From Ferruginibacter sp. (GTDB taxonomy: Bacteria; Bacteroidota; Bacteroidia; Chitinophagales; Chitinophagaceae), in the NCBI GenBank assembly GCA_031416575.1, contig JANOTW010000056.1:1-43037 (forward strand): 43,037 bases of DNA. The letters are read 5' to 3'. This document shows positions 17,667-27,733 of the stretch, one piece after another. Position numbers and translations under genes: made by a program. The notes under the pieces were generated by a model. That model was not told the DNA's origin and ran no database searches. It was given only the letters and a program-made list of their open reading frames with translations. How positions within the stretch are numbered: position 1 is the first letter of the stretch; each line of letters begins with the position of its first letter.

Positions 17667-17743
17667 CCCACGAATGCACGAATATTCACTAATTTTTTTA
17701 CATAAAATAGGCTTTATTCGTGCTAATTAGTGCAATTAGTGGC
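17667..17743. repeat. Gene-less inverted pair of CACGAAT/CACTAAT repeats (GxxExxY-type)
   Basis: CCACGAATGCACGAATATTCACTAATT ... TATTCGTGCTAATTAGTGCAATTAGTGG. Confidence 0.75.
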
Positions 17744-17800
17744 AATTAAAAGTTTACATGGTAAGTGCTGAAATCGTTTTTAATCAGCTTCTAAGAAATA

Positions 17801-18121
17801 TTATTGTTTTATAATTTTTATGGTTTCCATTTTATTTTCTGATACCAGGTTTAAAATGCAGGTTCCTTTGGTTGGGTTTTGTGCCCGTCTGATCACAAAA
17901 TCATTCTGCCCTTTTTTTACTGCTGTTTTTAAATGAATAATTGTTTTGCCATCTGTACTGCTTATTCTTATTTGTACCGTGCAATCTCTGCCGCTTTTAA
18001 AATCAACATTCAACTGGCTTATGTAAGGATTGGGCCAAACATGTAAACTATTCACCACTGAACCATTCAGTTTCAGCATCACTATAGATAAGCAGGTAAA
18101 ACAGCTATCTATAAAATTTAT
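17801..18121 (-). pseudogene. Orphan T9SS type A C-terminal sorting domain, gene remnant
   Basis: VWPNP...DGK....KG..IL......KIIKQ. No signal peptide; an in-frame stop lies shortly upstream. Confidence 0.65.
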
Positions 18122-18442
18122 TCATTTTATTGTTTTAATTGATGAGGTGTCGTCCTGATTTACCAAAAGTTGATTAATCACCTGGTTATTATATAGAAGT
18201 CATCATTGGTGCCAAATGCTGCAAACCTTTTCTGGTAAGGGTTTCGCAGAAAATGGAAGATGGATTATTACGGATTTTGGAAGGAAGGCCCAAAAAAGAC
18301 AGGCTCCGGAGGTATTTAGAAGATGGCTGACCGGCAGTTGGTTATTTTATAAGTTATTATAAAAATGACTGGTAAAAAAACGTATTTAAATACCTGCCTT
18401 CGTATGTAATTTTAGAATTAATTTCATTACAACTTATATTTC

Positions 18443-18472
18443 TTTGTATTTATCTCAAAAAGTATATTTTTG
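18443..18472 (+). promoter_or_regulatory. Bacteroidota sigma70 promoter for acpP (-33 TTTG, -7 TATTTTTG)
   Basis: TTTG at 18443-18446 and TATTTTTG at 18465-18472. Confidence 0.6.
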
Positions 18473-18498
18473 CACCTGATTAACTAAATATTACTATT

Positions 18499-18735
18499 AT
18501 GTCAGACATTGCAACAAGAGTAAAGAAAATAATTGTTGACAAATTAGGTGTAGATGAAGCAGAGGTTACCCCCGAAGCTTCTTTCACCAATGATTTAGGT
18601 GCCGATAGCTTGGACACCGTTGAACTAATCATGGAATTTGAAAAGGAATTCAACATTTCTATTCCTGATGAACAAGCCGAAACCATCACTACTGTTGGTC
18701 AGGCCGTTACTTACCTTGAAGAACACGCTAAGTAG
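18499..18735 (+). CDS. acpP: Acyl carrier protein
   Basis: [12 protein letters not shown] phosphopantetheine attachment motif. Confidence 0.98.
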   Translation: MSDIATRVKKIIVDKLGVDEAEVTPEASFTNDLGADSLDTVELIMEFEKEFNISIPDEQAETITTVGQAVTYLEEHAK

Positions 18736-18773
18736 TCATCACCATCTGTTTTTAATCATCGCAGGCAAACTTT

Positions 18774-20027
18774 ATGGATTTAAAGAGAGTAGTTGTTACC
18801 GGATTGGGAGCCCTTACTCCATTGGGAAAAACTGTTGCCGAATATTGGCAAGGGTTAGCTGATGGCGTAAATGGCTGTGATTTTATTAAACAATTTGATG
18901 CTGCTAAATTTAAGACCAGGTTTGCCTGCGAGGTTAAAGATTTTGACCCCACAAATTACTTAGACCGTAAAGAAGCCCGTAAAATAGACCGGTTTACTCA
19001 GTTTGCTTTAATTGCCAGCGATGAAGCTGTCAGGGATGCTGGTATCAACAGGGAAAATGTTGATGTGGACAGGGTAGGTGTAATATTTGCCAGTGGGATT
19101 GGCGGTTTAATTACCTTCCAGGAAGAAGTAGTCAATTTTGCATCCGGGGATGGTACCCCTCGTTTTAATCCCTTCTTTATTCCAAAAATGATACTTGATA
19201 TCGCCGCAGGGCAAATCTCTATCCGTCACGGGTTCAGGGGGCCCAACTATGCCGTGGTAAGTGCATGCGCATCTTCTACCAATGCCATCATTGATGCCTT
19301 TGACAATATACGGCTTGGCAGGGCAGATGTAATTATTTCGGGAGGTAGTGAAGCAGTTATCAGTGCGGCAGGTGTGGGAGGTTTTAATGCCATGAAGGCC
19401 CTGAGCGAAAGAAATGATGACCCCGCAACAGCCAGCCGGCCATTTGATAAAGACCGCGATGGTTTTGTAGTAGGAGAGGGGGCGGGCGTTATCATATTGG
19501 AAAGCCTGGAACATGCACTCGCAAGGGGTGCGAAAATTTATTGCGAAATTGCCGGAGGCGGCGCTACTGCGGATGCACATCATATTACCGCTCCTCATCC
19601 GGAGGGATTGGGCGCTCAAAATGTAATGCGTACCGCCTTAAAAGATGCCGGTATGAAACCCGGTGATATTGACTACATCAATGTACATGGCACTTCTACT
19701 CCATTGGGTGATATCGCAGAATCAAAGGCGATCTTGAATGTTTTTGGCGAACATGCCTACGATTTGAATATCAGCTCTACCAAAAGTATGACCGGGCATA
19801 GCCTTGGGGCCGCAGGCGCTATTGAAGCGCTGGCTTGTATAATGGCGGTAACCAAAGATATTATCCCACCTACCATCAACCACTTTACAGACGATCCCGG
19901 GTTGGATCCCAAATTGAACTTTACTTTCAATAAAGCACAGCATCGTACTGTGAATGCCGCCCTCAGCAATACTTTTGGTTTTGGTGGCCACAATGCTTCC
20001 GTGATCGTAAAGAAATACAAACCTTAA
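18774..20027 (+). CDS. fabF: Beta-ketoacyl-ACP synthase II
   Basis: RVVVTGLG, SACAS, HGTST.LGD, KSMTGH and SNTFGFGG motifs. Confidence 0.97.
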   Translation: MDLKRVVVTGLGALTPLGKTVAEYWQGLADGVNGCDFIKQFDAAKFKTRFACEVKDFDPTNYLDRKEARKIDRFTQFALIASDEAVRDAGINRENVDVDRVGVIFASGIGGLITFQEEVVNFASGDGTPRFNPFFIPKMILDIAAGQISIRHGFRGPNYAVVSACASSTNAIIDAFDNIRLGRADVIISGGSEAVISAAGVGGFNAMKALSERNDDPATASRPFDKDRDGFVVGEGAGVIILESLEHALARGAKIYCEIAGGGATADAHHITAPHPEGLGAQNVMRTALKDAGMKPGDIDYINVHGTSTPLGDIAESKAILNVFGEHAYDLNISSTKSMTGHSLGAAGAIEALACIMAVTKDIIPPTINHFTDDPGLDPKLNFTFNKAQHRTVNAALSNTFGFGGHNASVIVKKYKP

Positions 20028-20291
20028 TCAGCCCCTTTTCCAAATTATAAGAAGGTATTTGCTATTCTAACCGGCTTCATAATTCTATTGACCATCCTGG
20101 AACTGCTACTGGCCGAAGCCGAAGTGTAACTACTGTTTACGGCACAGGCTTTATCATGTTTTATTTTTGAACAGTTTGTAAATTCTTTTATACTGCATTT
20201 TAAATTAGCACATCAGCACATAATGGTATTGCTTTTAAATTTTTTCATTGCATCAAATAGCATTAATTTCGAATAAACATTTTATCAAATT

Positions 20292-21002
20292 TTGCAGTTC
20301 CTCAAAGATTTCTTAAACGGAGATATAAAAAAGAAAGAGTTTAAAAAACAACTCAATAATGTGCTGGGCTTTACTCCCGGCGAACTCAACTTATATAGAA
20401 CTGCATTGAGCCACCGGTCGGTTAGGGAAGGAGCGGATGAAAATAACGAACGGCTTGAATTTTTAGGTGATGCGGTGCTTAGTTCTATTGTGGCCCATTA
20501 TCTTTTTATGAAATATCCTTATAAGGGTGAAGGCTTTTTAACCGAAATGAGAAGTAAAATGGTTAACCGGCAACAACTCAATGATATTGGCATTAAAATG
20601 GGCCTCAAAAAAATCACGATCTATAATAAACACGATAGCTCTCTTAAAATATCCCAGATTTTTGGTAATACACTGGAAGCATTAATAGGCGCTGTATATC
20701 TCGATAAAGGATATAATAAAACCCAGAAATGGGTAGAGAAATACATCATATCCACCCACATGTTTATGGATGACCTGGAGGGTATTGAAATAAACATCAA
20801 GAATAAATTATACGGTTGGGCCAATAAAAATGGCAAGGCATTGGAATTTGAAACCCTGAATGAAAAGTTTGAAAACGGCAGGCGCTTATTTACCATTGGC
20901 GCTACGGTAGATGGCGAACTGGTTGCTGAAGGAAAAGGATACAATAAGAAAGATGCCAGCCAGATCGCGGCACAATTAGCAGTAAATAAATTAGGATTAT
21001 AG
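20292..21002 (+). CDS. rnc: Ribonuclease III
   Basis: NERLEFLGDA signature and C-terminal dsRBD. Confidence 0.95.
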   Translation: MQFLKDFLNGDIKKKEFKKQLNNVLGFTPGELNLYRTALSHRSVREGADENNERLEFLGDAVLSSIVAHYLFMKYPYKGEGFLTEMRSKMVNRQQLNDIGIKMGLKKITIYNKHDSSLKISQIFGNTLEALIGAVYLDKGYNKTQKWVEKYIISTHMFMDDLEGIEINIKNKLYGWANKNGKALEFETLNEKFENGRRLFTIGATVDGELVAEGKGYNKKDASQIAAQLAVNKLGL

Positions 21003-21234
21003 CCGGAGGATTAACAATCGTGGGTTCAGAGCCAGGTTTCCGCCGGATGTAAATTTTATTTCAAACGATCATTTGCGCCTTCAATTTTTTAAGCGGTCAA
21101 CTCTGGGCTTTGGCTTTAAACTCATTATTTCATGATTTCCGATCTGTCGCCGTTTTAGGCGCATTTTTTTTGAAACAGGCAATCAAACCCTGATTAAACT
21201 TTGGGGGCGCCGTACTTCTATACAATCATATTTA

Positions 21235-21331
21235 TTTTGTTGTCCGGGCTGAAGTATTTCATGGCATCATCGTTGCATCGCCCTCTTGTACTGCATACCA
21301 TTGGGGATCTTTTCTTACGTTTTAAATTAAA
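21235..21331 (+). repeat. Interspersed element A core, copy 5
   Basis: TTGTCCGGGCTGAAG...GGCATCATCGTTGCATCGCCCTCTTGTACTGCATACCATTGGGGATCTT..ACGTTTTAAATTAA. Confidence 0.88.
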
Positions 21332-21383
21332 CAAACATAATGAAGAACAGACTCAGCATTATTAACCCGGAACTTAGCAAACT

Positions 21384-22421
21384 ATGACCTTTGGCATATT
21401 AGGAAGCGGAAGCTGGGGAACAGCGCTGGCAAAAATATTAACCGACAACGGGCAGGTTATTTATTGGTGGAACAGAAGCCAAAAATCAATTGATCAGATA
21501 ATGGCACGCCGCCACAACCCTCATTATCTAAGTTCCACGTATTTCAATACCAATCAATTAAAACTCACTACCGATCCCGTTGAAATCATCAGCCATGTTG
21601 ATTGTATTATTATTGCCATACCCTCGGCTTATGCAGCCGCAACATTGTTAGCGCTGGATAAAAATATTTTTGCCGGTAAAAAAATCATCAGCGCCATAAA
21701 AGGCATTTTACCTGAACAGAATTTATTATTGAATGATTTTTTAAAGAATGAATTCAATTTTCCGCTGGAAAATTATTTTGCTGTATTGGGCCCTTGCCAT
21801 GCGGAAGAAATAGCTTCGGAAAAGTTATCGTACCTGACATTTTCCGGAATTGACGAAGCTGCTACCCATGAAATTTCAAGGCATTTTAAAACAGATTATG
21901 TTAACACGGTAATGAATGATGATATCTATGGAGTTCAGTTTGCCGCCGTTTTAAAAAACATTTATGCTGTTGGGGCGGGTATGGCACATGGATTAGATTA
22001 TGGAGATAACTTTTTAAGTGTGCTTATTGCCAACAGTGCGGATGAAATGGCGGGTTTTTTAAAAAAGGCGGGCATAAAAAATATAGAGGTAGGACATGTG
22101 GATGTATTACCATCCATCCACAACCATCGTTCAAATAACTATGCCGCATCAGTTTACCTGGGCGATTTATTGGTAACCTGTTATTCATTGTATAGCCGTA
22201 ACCGTACTTTCGGAAACATGATTGGCAAGGGTTATTCCGTACAATCAGCACAGCTTGAAATGAGCATGGTGGCCGAAGGTTACAATGCCAGCAAATGCAT
22301 GTACCTCATCAACCAAAAAATAAAAGCGGAAATGCCCATCGCTGAAACAGTTTACCAAATTTTGTGGGCAAATCTATCTCCGGGTGAAGGATTTAAAATG
22401 ATTGAAGAAGTATTGGTATGA
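21384..22421 (+). CDS. gpsA: NAD(P)H-dependent glycerol-3-phosphate dehydrogenase
   Basis: GSGSWGTA, GPCHAEE, LKNIYA, GDLLVT.YS..SRN and VAEG motifs. Confidence 0.95.
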   Translation: MTFGILGSGSWGTALAKILTDNGQVIYWWNRSQKSIDQIMARRHNPHYLSSTYFNTNQLKLTTDPVEIISHVDCIIIAIPSAYAAATLLALDKNIFAGKKIISAIKGILPEQNLLLNDFLKNEFNFPLENYFAVLGPCHAEEIASEKLSYLTFSGIDEAATHEISRHFKTDYVNTVMNDDIYGVQFAAVLKNIYAVGAGMAHGLDYGDNFLSVLIANSADEMAGFLKKAGIKNIEVGHVDVLPSIHNHRSNNYAASVYLGDLLVTCYSLYSRNRTFGNMIGKGYSVQSAQLEMSMVAEGYNASKCMYLINQKIKAEMPIAETVYQILWANLSPGEGFKMIEEVLV

Positions 22422-22466
22422 TAAATTTCGTAATAACTGTGCTACTTACATTGTAATGATAAATAC

Positions 22467-22510
22467 AACGTGGAAAAAGATCCACAATGGTATGCGGTAC
22501 AAGGGAGTGA
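22467..22510 (-). repeat. Interspersed element A core, copy 6 (partial)
   Basis: AACGTGGAAAAAGATCCACAATGGTATGCGGTACAAGGGAGTGA. Confidence 0.7.
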
Positions 22511-22611
22511 AAAAGTATTAGGTATTTAGTATAAAGTATAAAGAGTAGCTGGTGGGGTATCAACTTATGGCTGAAAAAGCTGTTTGGATATAATTTGAGC
22601 AAGTTTCATAC

Positions 22612-22773
22612 AACGCAATTAAAGATCCCCATTGGTATTCAGTACAAGTCCCGATTCAAGTGTAACATCGGGATGCCGACAAATGCTGTCGGCAAGCGAC
22701 GCAACGATGATGCCCATTGCTTCACTGCCAGGACAAAAAATCTTATTCACGTTTTTATCGCTTGTGAAGTATA
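22612..22773 (-). mobile_element. Element A copy 7 with one intact terminal repeat and two hairpin inserts
   Basis: Reverse core, then TTCACGTTTTTATCGCTTGTGAAGTATA (terminus). Confidence 0.8.
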
Positions 22774-22794
22774 TCAAAATAAACGAAGGCCCAT

Positions 22795-23928
22795 TCAAAA
22801 AAACAGATCTGCCGCAATTCCATCTGCAAATAGTTTCCCTTCCTTAGTTAAAATTAATTTTGAATTTACATTTTCAAGTTTATTGGTTATTGTGTATTTG
22901 TCACTTGCAGCCAGCAATTCATCGGTATATTTTTTCCCAAACTCCACACTAACTTTCTCCAGGTCCATGCCTTCCATCGTTCTCAAAGAGGTCATGATAT
23001 ATTCATTTAACCGTTGCGTTTTCGTTAGCAGTTCTTCTTCAAATGGGATACAATTGTTTTGCAATGATTGAATGTACAAAGCGTTATTAGCGATATTCCA
23101 TTTCCTTCTTTTTCCATCGTAAGCATGTGCAGAGGGGCCAAATCCATAATAATTCTTTCCCTGCCAATAGCTGCTATTGTGCCTGCTGCGCATGCCCGGT
23201 TTTGCGAAATTACTGATTTCATAATGCTCGTATCCCGCCTGTTCCATCCAATCCATTAATAATAAAAATTGTTCAGCCTGTCTTTCCGGATCTACAGGGG
23301 CTTTCTTATGTTGGGCTATCATTTTATGAAGCGTTGTTTTTGGTTCTACAGTAAGCGCATAGCAGGAAATATGAGGGATATTTTTTTTAATAACGGTCAT
23401 TACATTATGCTTCCAGTTTTCATTATTTAATAAAGGGGAGCCATAGATCAGATCAATTGAATAGTTAGTAAAACCGGCATCTTTTATTTCATCTATACAT
23501 CGCAGGGAATCCGCCGCGGTATGCGCCCTGTTCATCCATAGTAATTCTTTTTCTAAAAAAGATTGAATACCCACACTCAGCCGGTTGATTCCTGCTTTTT
23601 TCCATCGTTTTAGTTTATCCGGTGTAATGTCATCAGGGTTGGCTTCTAAAGTAATTTCCGCATCCTCATCAATTAAAAATTTTGTGCGCAAGGCATCAAA
23701 TATCAACGATAAGTCATCTGTAGCTAAAATGCTTGGGGTGCCACCGCCAAAGTAAATTGTTTCGCAAATCTCTTTACCGGGCGAAAGTGCGGATGTTGAT
23801 GTGAGGTGAATCTCCTTTACCAGCGCAGCTATCAGCTCGTCCTTTAAATGCAGTGATGTTGAAAAATGAAAATTACAATAATGACATGCCTGCCTGCAAA
23901 ATGGAATATGAATATAAATGCCGGACAA
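22795..23928 (-). CDS. hemW: Radical SAM heme chaperone (HemN-like)
   Basis: IYIHIPFC...C.YCNF, YFGGGTPS, YEISNF and HNSSYW. Start set at TTG 23928. Confidence 0.92.
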   Translation of the reverse strand: MSGIYIHIPFCRQACHYCNFHFSTSLHLKDELIAALVKEIHLTSTSALSPGKEICETIYFGGGTPSILATDDLSLIFDALRTKFLIDEDAEITLEANPDDITPDKLKRWKKAGINRLSVGIQSFLEKELLWMNRAHTAADSLRCIDEIKDAGFTNYSIDLIYGSPLLNNENWKHNVMTVIKKNIPHISCYALTVEPKTTLHKMIAQHKKAPVDPERQAEQFLLLMDWMEQAGYEHYEISNFAKPGMRSRHNSSYWQGKNYYGFGPSAHAYDGKRRKWNIANNALYIQSLQNNCIPFEEELLTKTQRLNEYIMTSLRTMEGMDLEKVSVEFGKKYTDELLAASDKYTITNKLENVNSKLILTKEGKLFADGIAADLFF

Positions 23929-23966
23929 AGATTTTTGATTTACGATTTTAGACTTTAGATTTGAAT
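23929..23966. repeat. Degenerate heptamer tandem repeat (AGATTTT)
   Basis: AGATTTTTGATTTACGATTTTAGACTTTAGATTTGAAT. Confidence 0.6.
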
Positions 23967-23972
23967 TCAGTA

Positions 23973-25793
23973 ATGACAACAATTAAATCCATTTTTTACT
24001 TATTATTTCTTACTACAATAATAATTGCAGTTTGCAAAACATCTACAGTTTACGGTCAGCAGTTAACTGTAAATAAATATCAGCTTTTAATAAATCATGT
24101 TGACAAAGATAGCTCCTTTAATTCGCAGGTATTAAAACTGCAAACCGGCTTTGCCAATCAGATTCAATGCCGGGACTATATAAACAAACTTCCGGCATTA
24201 CTGAATATGAAAGGTTATCCCGCCGCATCAATTGATTCTGTTCATTATGACTCAGCTTTTGCCATTGTACAATTATTCCTTGGTTCTCAACAGTACCTGG
24301 TGCAACTGCGTACGGAGCGTATTGAAAAAAGGGCGTTGGATATAAGTGGGTTTACCGAAAAAAGTTTTATTAATAAGCCTGTTGACATTGCACAATTGCA
24401 GGTAATAAAAGAGCGTATATTAAACTATTATGAAAACAATGGTTACCCTTTTGCGGGTGTGTTTTTAGATAGCATACATGTAACCGCCGATGCATTGAAC
24501 GCATCTTTAAAAGTAAACAAGGGCCCCTTATATCATATTGACAGTATCAGGGTAAGAGGGAAAATTAAAATTTCCAATAGCTTTTTACAGCGATACCTGG
24601 GTATTCCGAATGGAAGCATTTATAATAAAGATAAATTGGACCAGGTGAGTAAACGATTGTTGGAATTGCCTTATTTGCAGGAGCAGCAACCATCTGAATT
24701 GTTGATGCTGGGTACAGGGTCTATTTTAGATGTTTATCTTTTACCCAAAAAAAGCAGCCAGGTTAATTTCCTGGTGGGGTTTTTACCCGCCAATAGCCAA
24801 ACCAACAAATTGCAACTAACCGGCGACGTGAATTTGCATTTACGGAATGCCCTGGGTACCGGCGAAACAATTTTGCTAAACTGGCAACAGTTGCAAATAA
24901 ATTCGCCCAGGATAAATATCGGCTATCAGCAACCCTACATTTTTAAATCCGCTTTTGGGCTTGATTTTGCTTTCGATCTTTTTAAAAAGGATTCTACTTT
25001 TTTACAATTGAATGCGCAATTAGGCATTCAATATCTTTTATCGGCAAATCAATCCGGTAAAATATTTTTTCAAAACCAAAGTAGTATTTTGTTGGGTTCC
25101 GGTGTAGATACCAACCTGGTAAAAGCTACCAGGCAGCTTCCTCCAAATATTGATGTAAGGGCCGTCAACATTGGTTTGGATTATGAATTAAATACAACCA
25201 ATTACCGGTTTAACCCCAAAAGCGGTAATGAATTAAGGCTGGTAAGTTCTGTGGGTATAAAAACAATTAACCGCAATAACGAGATCCTCGGCCTTAAAGA
25301 TCCTTCTTTTGATTTCGGTTCTTTATACGATTCAATTAAACTGCGTACTTACCAGTTGAGGGCAAAGGTAACAGCAGCTCATTATTTTCCTGCCGGAAAG
25401 AGAAGTACCCTCAAAACGGTTTTCAGTGGTGGTGTATTCAGCAGCCAGAATGTGTTCCGAAATGAATTATTCCAGATAGGAGGATACAAACTCTTACGTG
25501 GTTTTGATGAAGAAAGTATTTATGCGGCACAATATGGTGTGATCACTTTTGAATATCGTAACTTGGTAGGATTGAATTCTTACTTGTTTACATTTATGGA
25601 TGCGGGCTGGGTAAAAAATAAATATCAATCAATAAATATCAGTAACAACTTTATCAGTGCCGGACTGGGACTGGTATTTGAAACCAGGGCTGGATTATTG
25701 AATTTGAGTTTTGCGGTTGGTAAACGAAATGATGTAAAACTTGATTTACGGCAATCATCTAAAATACATTTTGGATATATTAATTATTTCTAA
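23973..25793 (+). CDS. BamA/TamA (Omp85) family outer membrane protein with POTRA domains
   Basis: Signal peptide, YENNGYPFA POTRA motif, LRGF loop motif and C-terminal Phe. Confidence 0.8.
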   Translation: MTTIKSIFYLLFLTTIIIAVCKTSTVYGQQLTVNKYQLLINHVDKDSSFNSQVLKLQTGFANQIQCRDYINKLPALLNMKGYPAASIDSVHYDSAFAIVQLFLGSQQYLVQLRTERIEKRALDISGFTEKSFINKPVDIAQLQVIKERILNYYENNGYPFAGVFLDSIHVTADALNASLKVNKGPLYHIDSIRVRGKIKISNSFLQRYLGIPNGSIYNKDKLDQVSKRLLELPYLQEQQPSELLMLGTGSILDVYLLPKKSSQVNFLVGFLPANSQTNKLQLTGDVNLHLRNALGTGETILLNWQQLQINSPRINIGYQQPYIFKSAFGLDFAFDLFKKDSTFLQLNAQLGIQYLLSANQSGKIFFQNQSSILLGSGVDTNLVKATRQLPPNIDVRAVNIGLDYELNTTNYRFNPKSGNELRLVSSVGIKTINRNNEILGLKDPSFDFGSLYDSIKLRTYQLRAKVTAAHYFPAGKRSTLKTVFSGGVFSSQNVFRNELFQIGGYKLLRGFDEESIYAAQYGVITFEYRNLVGLNSYLFTFMDAGWVKNKYQSINISNNFISAGLGLVFETRAGLLNLSFAVGKRNDVKLDLRQSSKIHFGYINYF

Positions 25794-25810
25794 GTAAAAT
25801 CATTTTATTT

Positions 25811-26776
25811 TTGCCGCATAATTTATTTGCGTTGAAACAGGTATTCTTCTTTCTATTTCTTTTTATTTCCCCTGTTTTGCTTTTTGCTCAGCAGCCCGAT
25901 AGTGTTATTGTTAAGAAAGGTTCCGTTATAAATAAGGATTCATCTTTTGAAAAACAGGCTGATTCTGTGATTATCAAATCCGATTCTGTTATTAAAAAAG
26001 ATACTATTATTTACCTATCAGCATCTTACAATATCTCTCTTCAAAAAATACTAAAAGAAAATCGTTTTCTTAATTCGGATGGGAAGCCCGTTGCCATGGC
26101 AAACCAAATGAAAAAACGTTACTCAAAGGACAGTATTTTTTATTTACTTGTAGTAATAGCAGCGATACTTGGGTTTTTCCGTTTTTTTTATACCGGTTAT
26201 TTTAACAATCTGTTCAGGGTATTTTTTAACGCTTCACTGAGACAAAGTCAATTAACCGACCAGTTATTACAGGCTAAACTGCCTTCGCTTTTTTTTAATA
26301 TTTTATTTGTCCTTAGCGGAGGTGCTTATGTTTATTTGTTGCTCAGGCATTATAACTGGATTTCAGTTAGGAATTTTTGGCAGGTAGTGTTTTATTGCAC
26401 GCTCAGTCTGGCAATTATTTATCTGATTAAATTTATTACCTTAAAATTTACAGGATGGCTTACAGGTTATAAAGGAGTTACCAATACTTACTTGTTTATT
26501 ATTTTTTTAATAAATAAGATCCTGGGTATTTTATTGTTACCCTTTACAGTAATTATTGCTTTTTCAATGCCAGCTTTAGCTACTGCTGCTGTAATAATTT
26601 CTTTATTAATAATAGGCTTAATGTTTTTATTACGCTTTTTCCGATCTTATGGTTTGCTACAGCACCAGTTAAAAGTAAGCAGGTTTCACTTCTTCATGTA
26701 TGTTGCAGGTATTGAAATAGTTCCTGTTTTATTGATTTACAAGGGTTTGGTACTTTTATTAAGTAAAAATCTATAA
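25811..26776 (+). CDS. DUF4271 domain membrane protein (start possibly TTG 25832)
   Basis: Multiple TM helices, C-terminal FHFFMY...EIVP, and position directly upstream of hemD. Confidence 0.75.
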   Translation: MPHNLFALKQVFFFLFLFISPVLLFAQQPDSVIVKKGSVINKDSSFEKQADSVIIKSDSVIKKDTIIYLSASYNISLQKILKENRFLNSDGKPVAMANQMKKRYSKDSIFYLLVVIAAILGFFRFFYTGYFNNLFRVFFNASLRQSQLTDQLLQAKLPSLFFNILFVLSGGAYVYLLLRHYNWISVRNFWQVVFYCTLSLAIIYLIKFITLKFTGWLTGYKGVTNTYLFIIFLINKILGILLLPFTVIIAFSMPALATAAVIISLLIIGLMFLLRFFRSYGLLQHQLKVSRFHFFMYVAGIEIVPVLLIYKGLVLLLSKNL

Positions 26777-26810
26777 CTTTGTACCGCTATTCAATAATAA
26801 TTTATCCGAT

Positions 26811-27602
26811 ATGGTTAGCAACAGAGAAATAAAGCCCGAATCAAAAGATAACGTGGTAAAAAAAGTACTAATCACCCAGCCAAAACCTGATGGTGAAAGG
26901 TCTCCATATTTCGATTTGGCTAAAAAGCATAATATTGAACTGCACTTTTATCCCTTCATCGTGGTAGATAGCATCCCTGCAAAAGAATTTCGAAAACAAA
27001 AAATAGAAATTACCAGTTATACCGCTGTTATTTTTACAAGCCGGCATGCGATTGATAATTTTTTTCGTGCATGCGACGAATTGAAAACCAATATTTCACA
27101 GGATACAAAGTATTTTTGTATAACCGAGGCCATCGCACTTTATCTGCAAAAATTTATTTTATACCGAAAACGTAAAGTGTTTTATGGCGCTGATGGAACC
27201 AATAAAAGTTTGTTTGATGTTATCAATAAGCATAAAGACAACGAAAAATTTCTTTACCCCTGCTCCGAATCATTTGATAGTGAGATTACCAATTGGTTAA
27301 AAGACCACCATTGCGAATATGCCACGCCAGTTTTATATAGGATAATCAGTAATGATATTAAAGAAGTGATCGCTCAAAATTTTGACGTGATATGTTTATT
27401 TACTCCCGGTGGTGTAAGAAGCTTGCTTGAAAATTTCCCCCAATTCAAACAAAATGGAACCAAAATAGGTGTATTTGGTGCAAATACATTTAAAGCTGCT
27501 GAAGATGCCGGCCTTACGCTTCATATAAAAGCCCCACAACCTCAAGCTCCAAGTATGGTAAGCGCATTAGAGCTATACCTAACTTCTCTTAAGAAAAAAT
27601 AA
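26811..27602 (+). CDS. hemD: Uroporphyrinogen-III synthase
   Basis: VLITQPKP, AVIFTSR.A and YLQKFI.YRKRK (Bacteroidota HemD-like). Confidence 0.85.
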   Translation: MVSNREIKPESKDNVVKKVLITQPKPDGERSPYFDLAKKHNIELHFYPFIVVDSIPAKEFRKQKIEITSYTAVIFTSRHAIDNFFRACDELKTNISQDTKYFCITEAIALYLQKFILYRKRKVFYGADGTNKSLFDVINKHKDNEKFLYPCSESFDSEITNWLKDHHCEYATPVLYRIISNDIKEVIAQNFDVICLFTPGGVRSLLENFPQFKQNGTKIGVFGANTFKAAEDAGLTLHIKAPQPQAPSMVSALELYLTSLKKK

Positions 27603-27733
27603 AAAGGATCAATCGTTAATTACCTAAAAAAATGTTTTTATAGATTAAATTTCTCCTTTAATAGTTTCATTAAATTTTAATTGTTTTTTCATTAATTGAT
27701 AGCCTTCCTGGTATCTATCATCTAAGCATGATA

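Noticed and set aside
20189-20208. TATACTGCATTTTAAATTAG resembling an element A end
   Set aside because: Too short and AT-rich, with no core or partner end nearby.
21003-21230. Possible gene remnant or RNA between rnc and gpsA
   Set aside because: No ORF, repeat or stable structure I can support.
22595-23071. 158-aa plus-strand ORF
   Set aside because: Composed of element A copy 7 plus the antisense of hemW.
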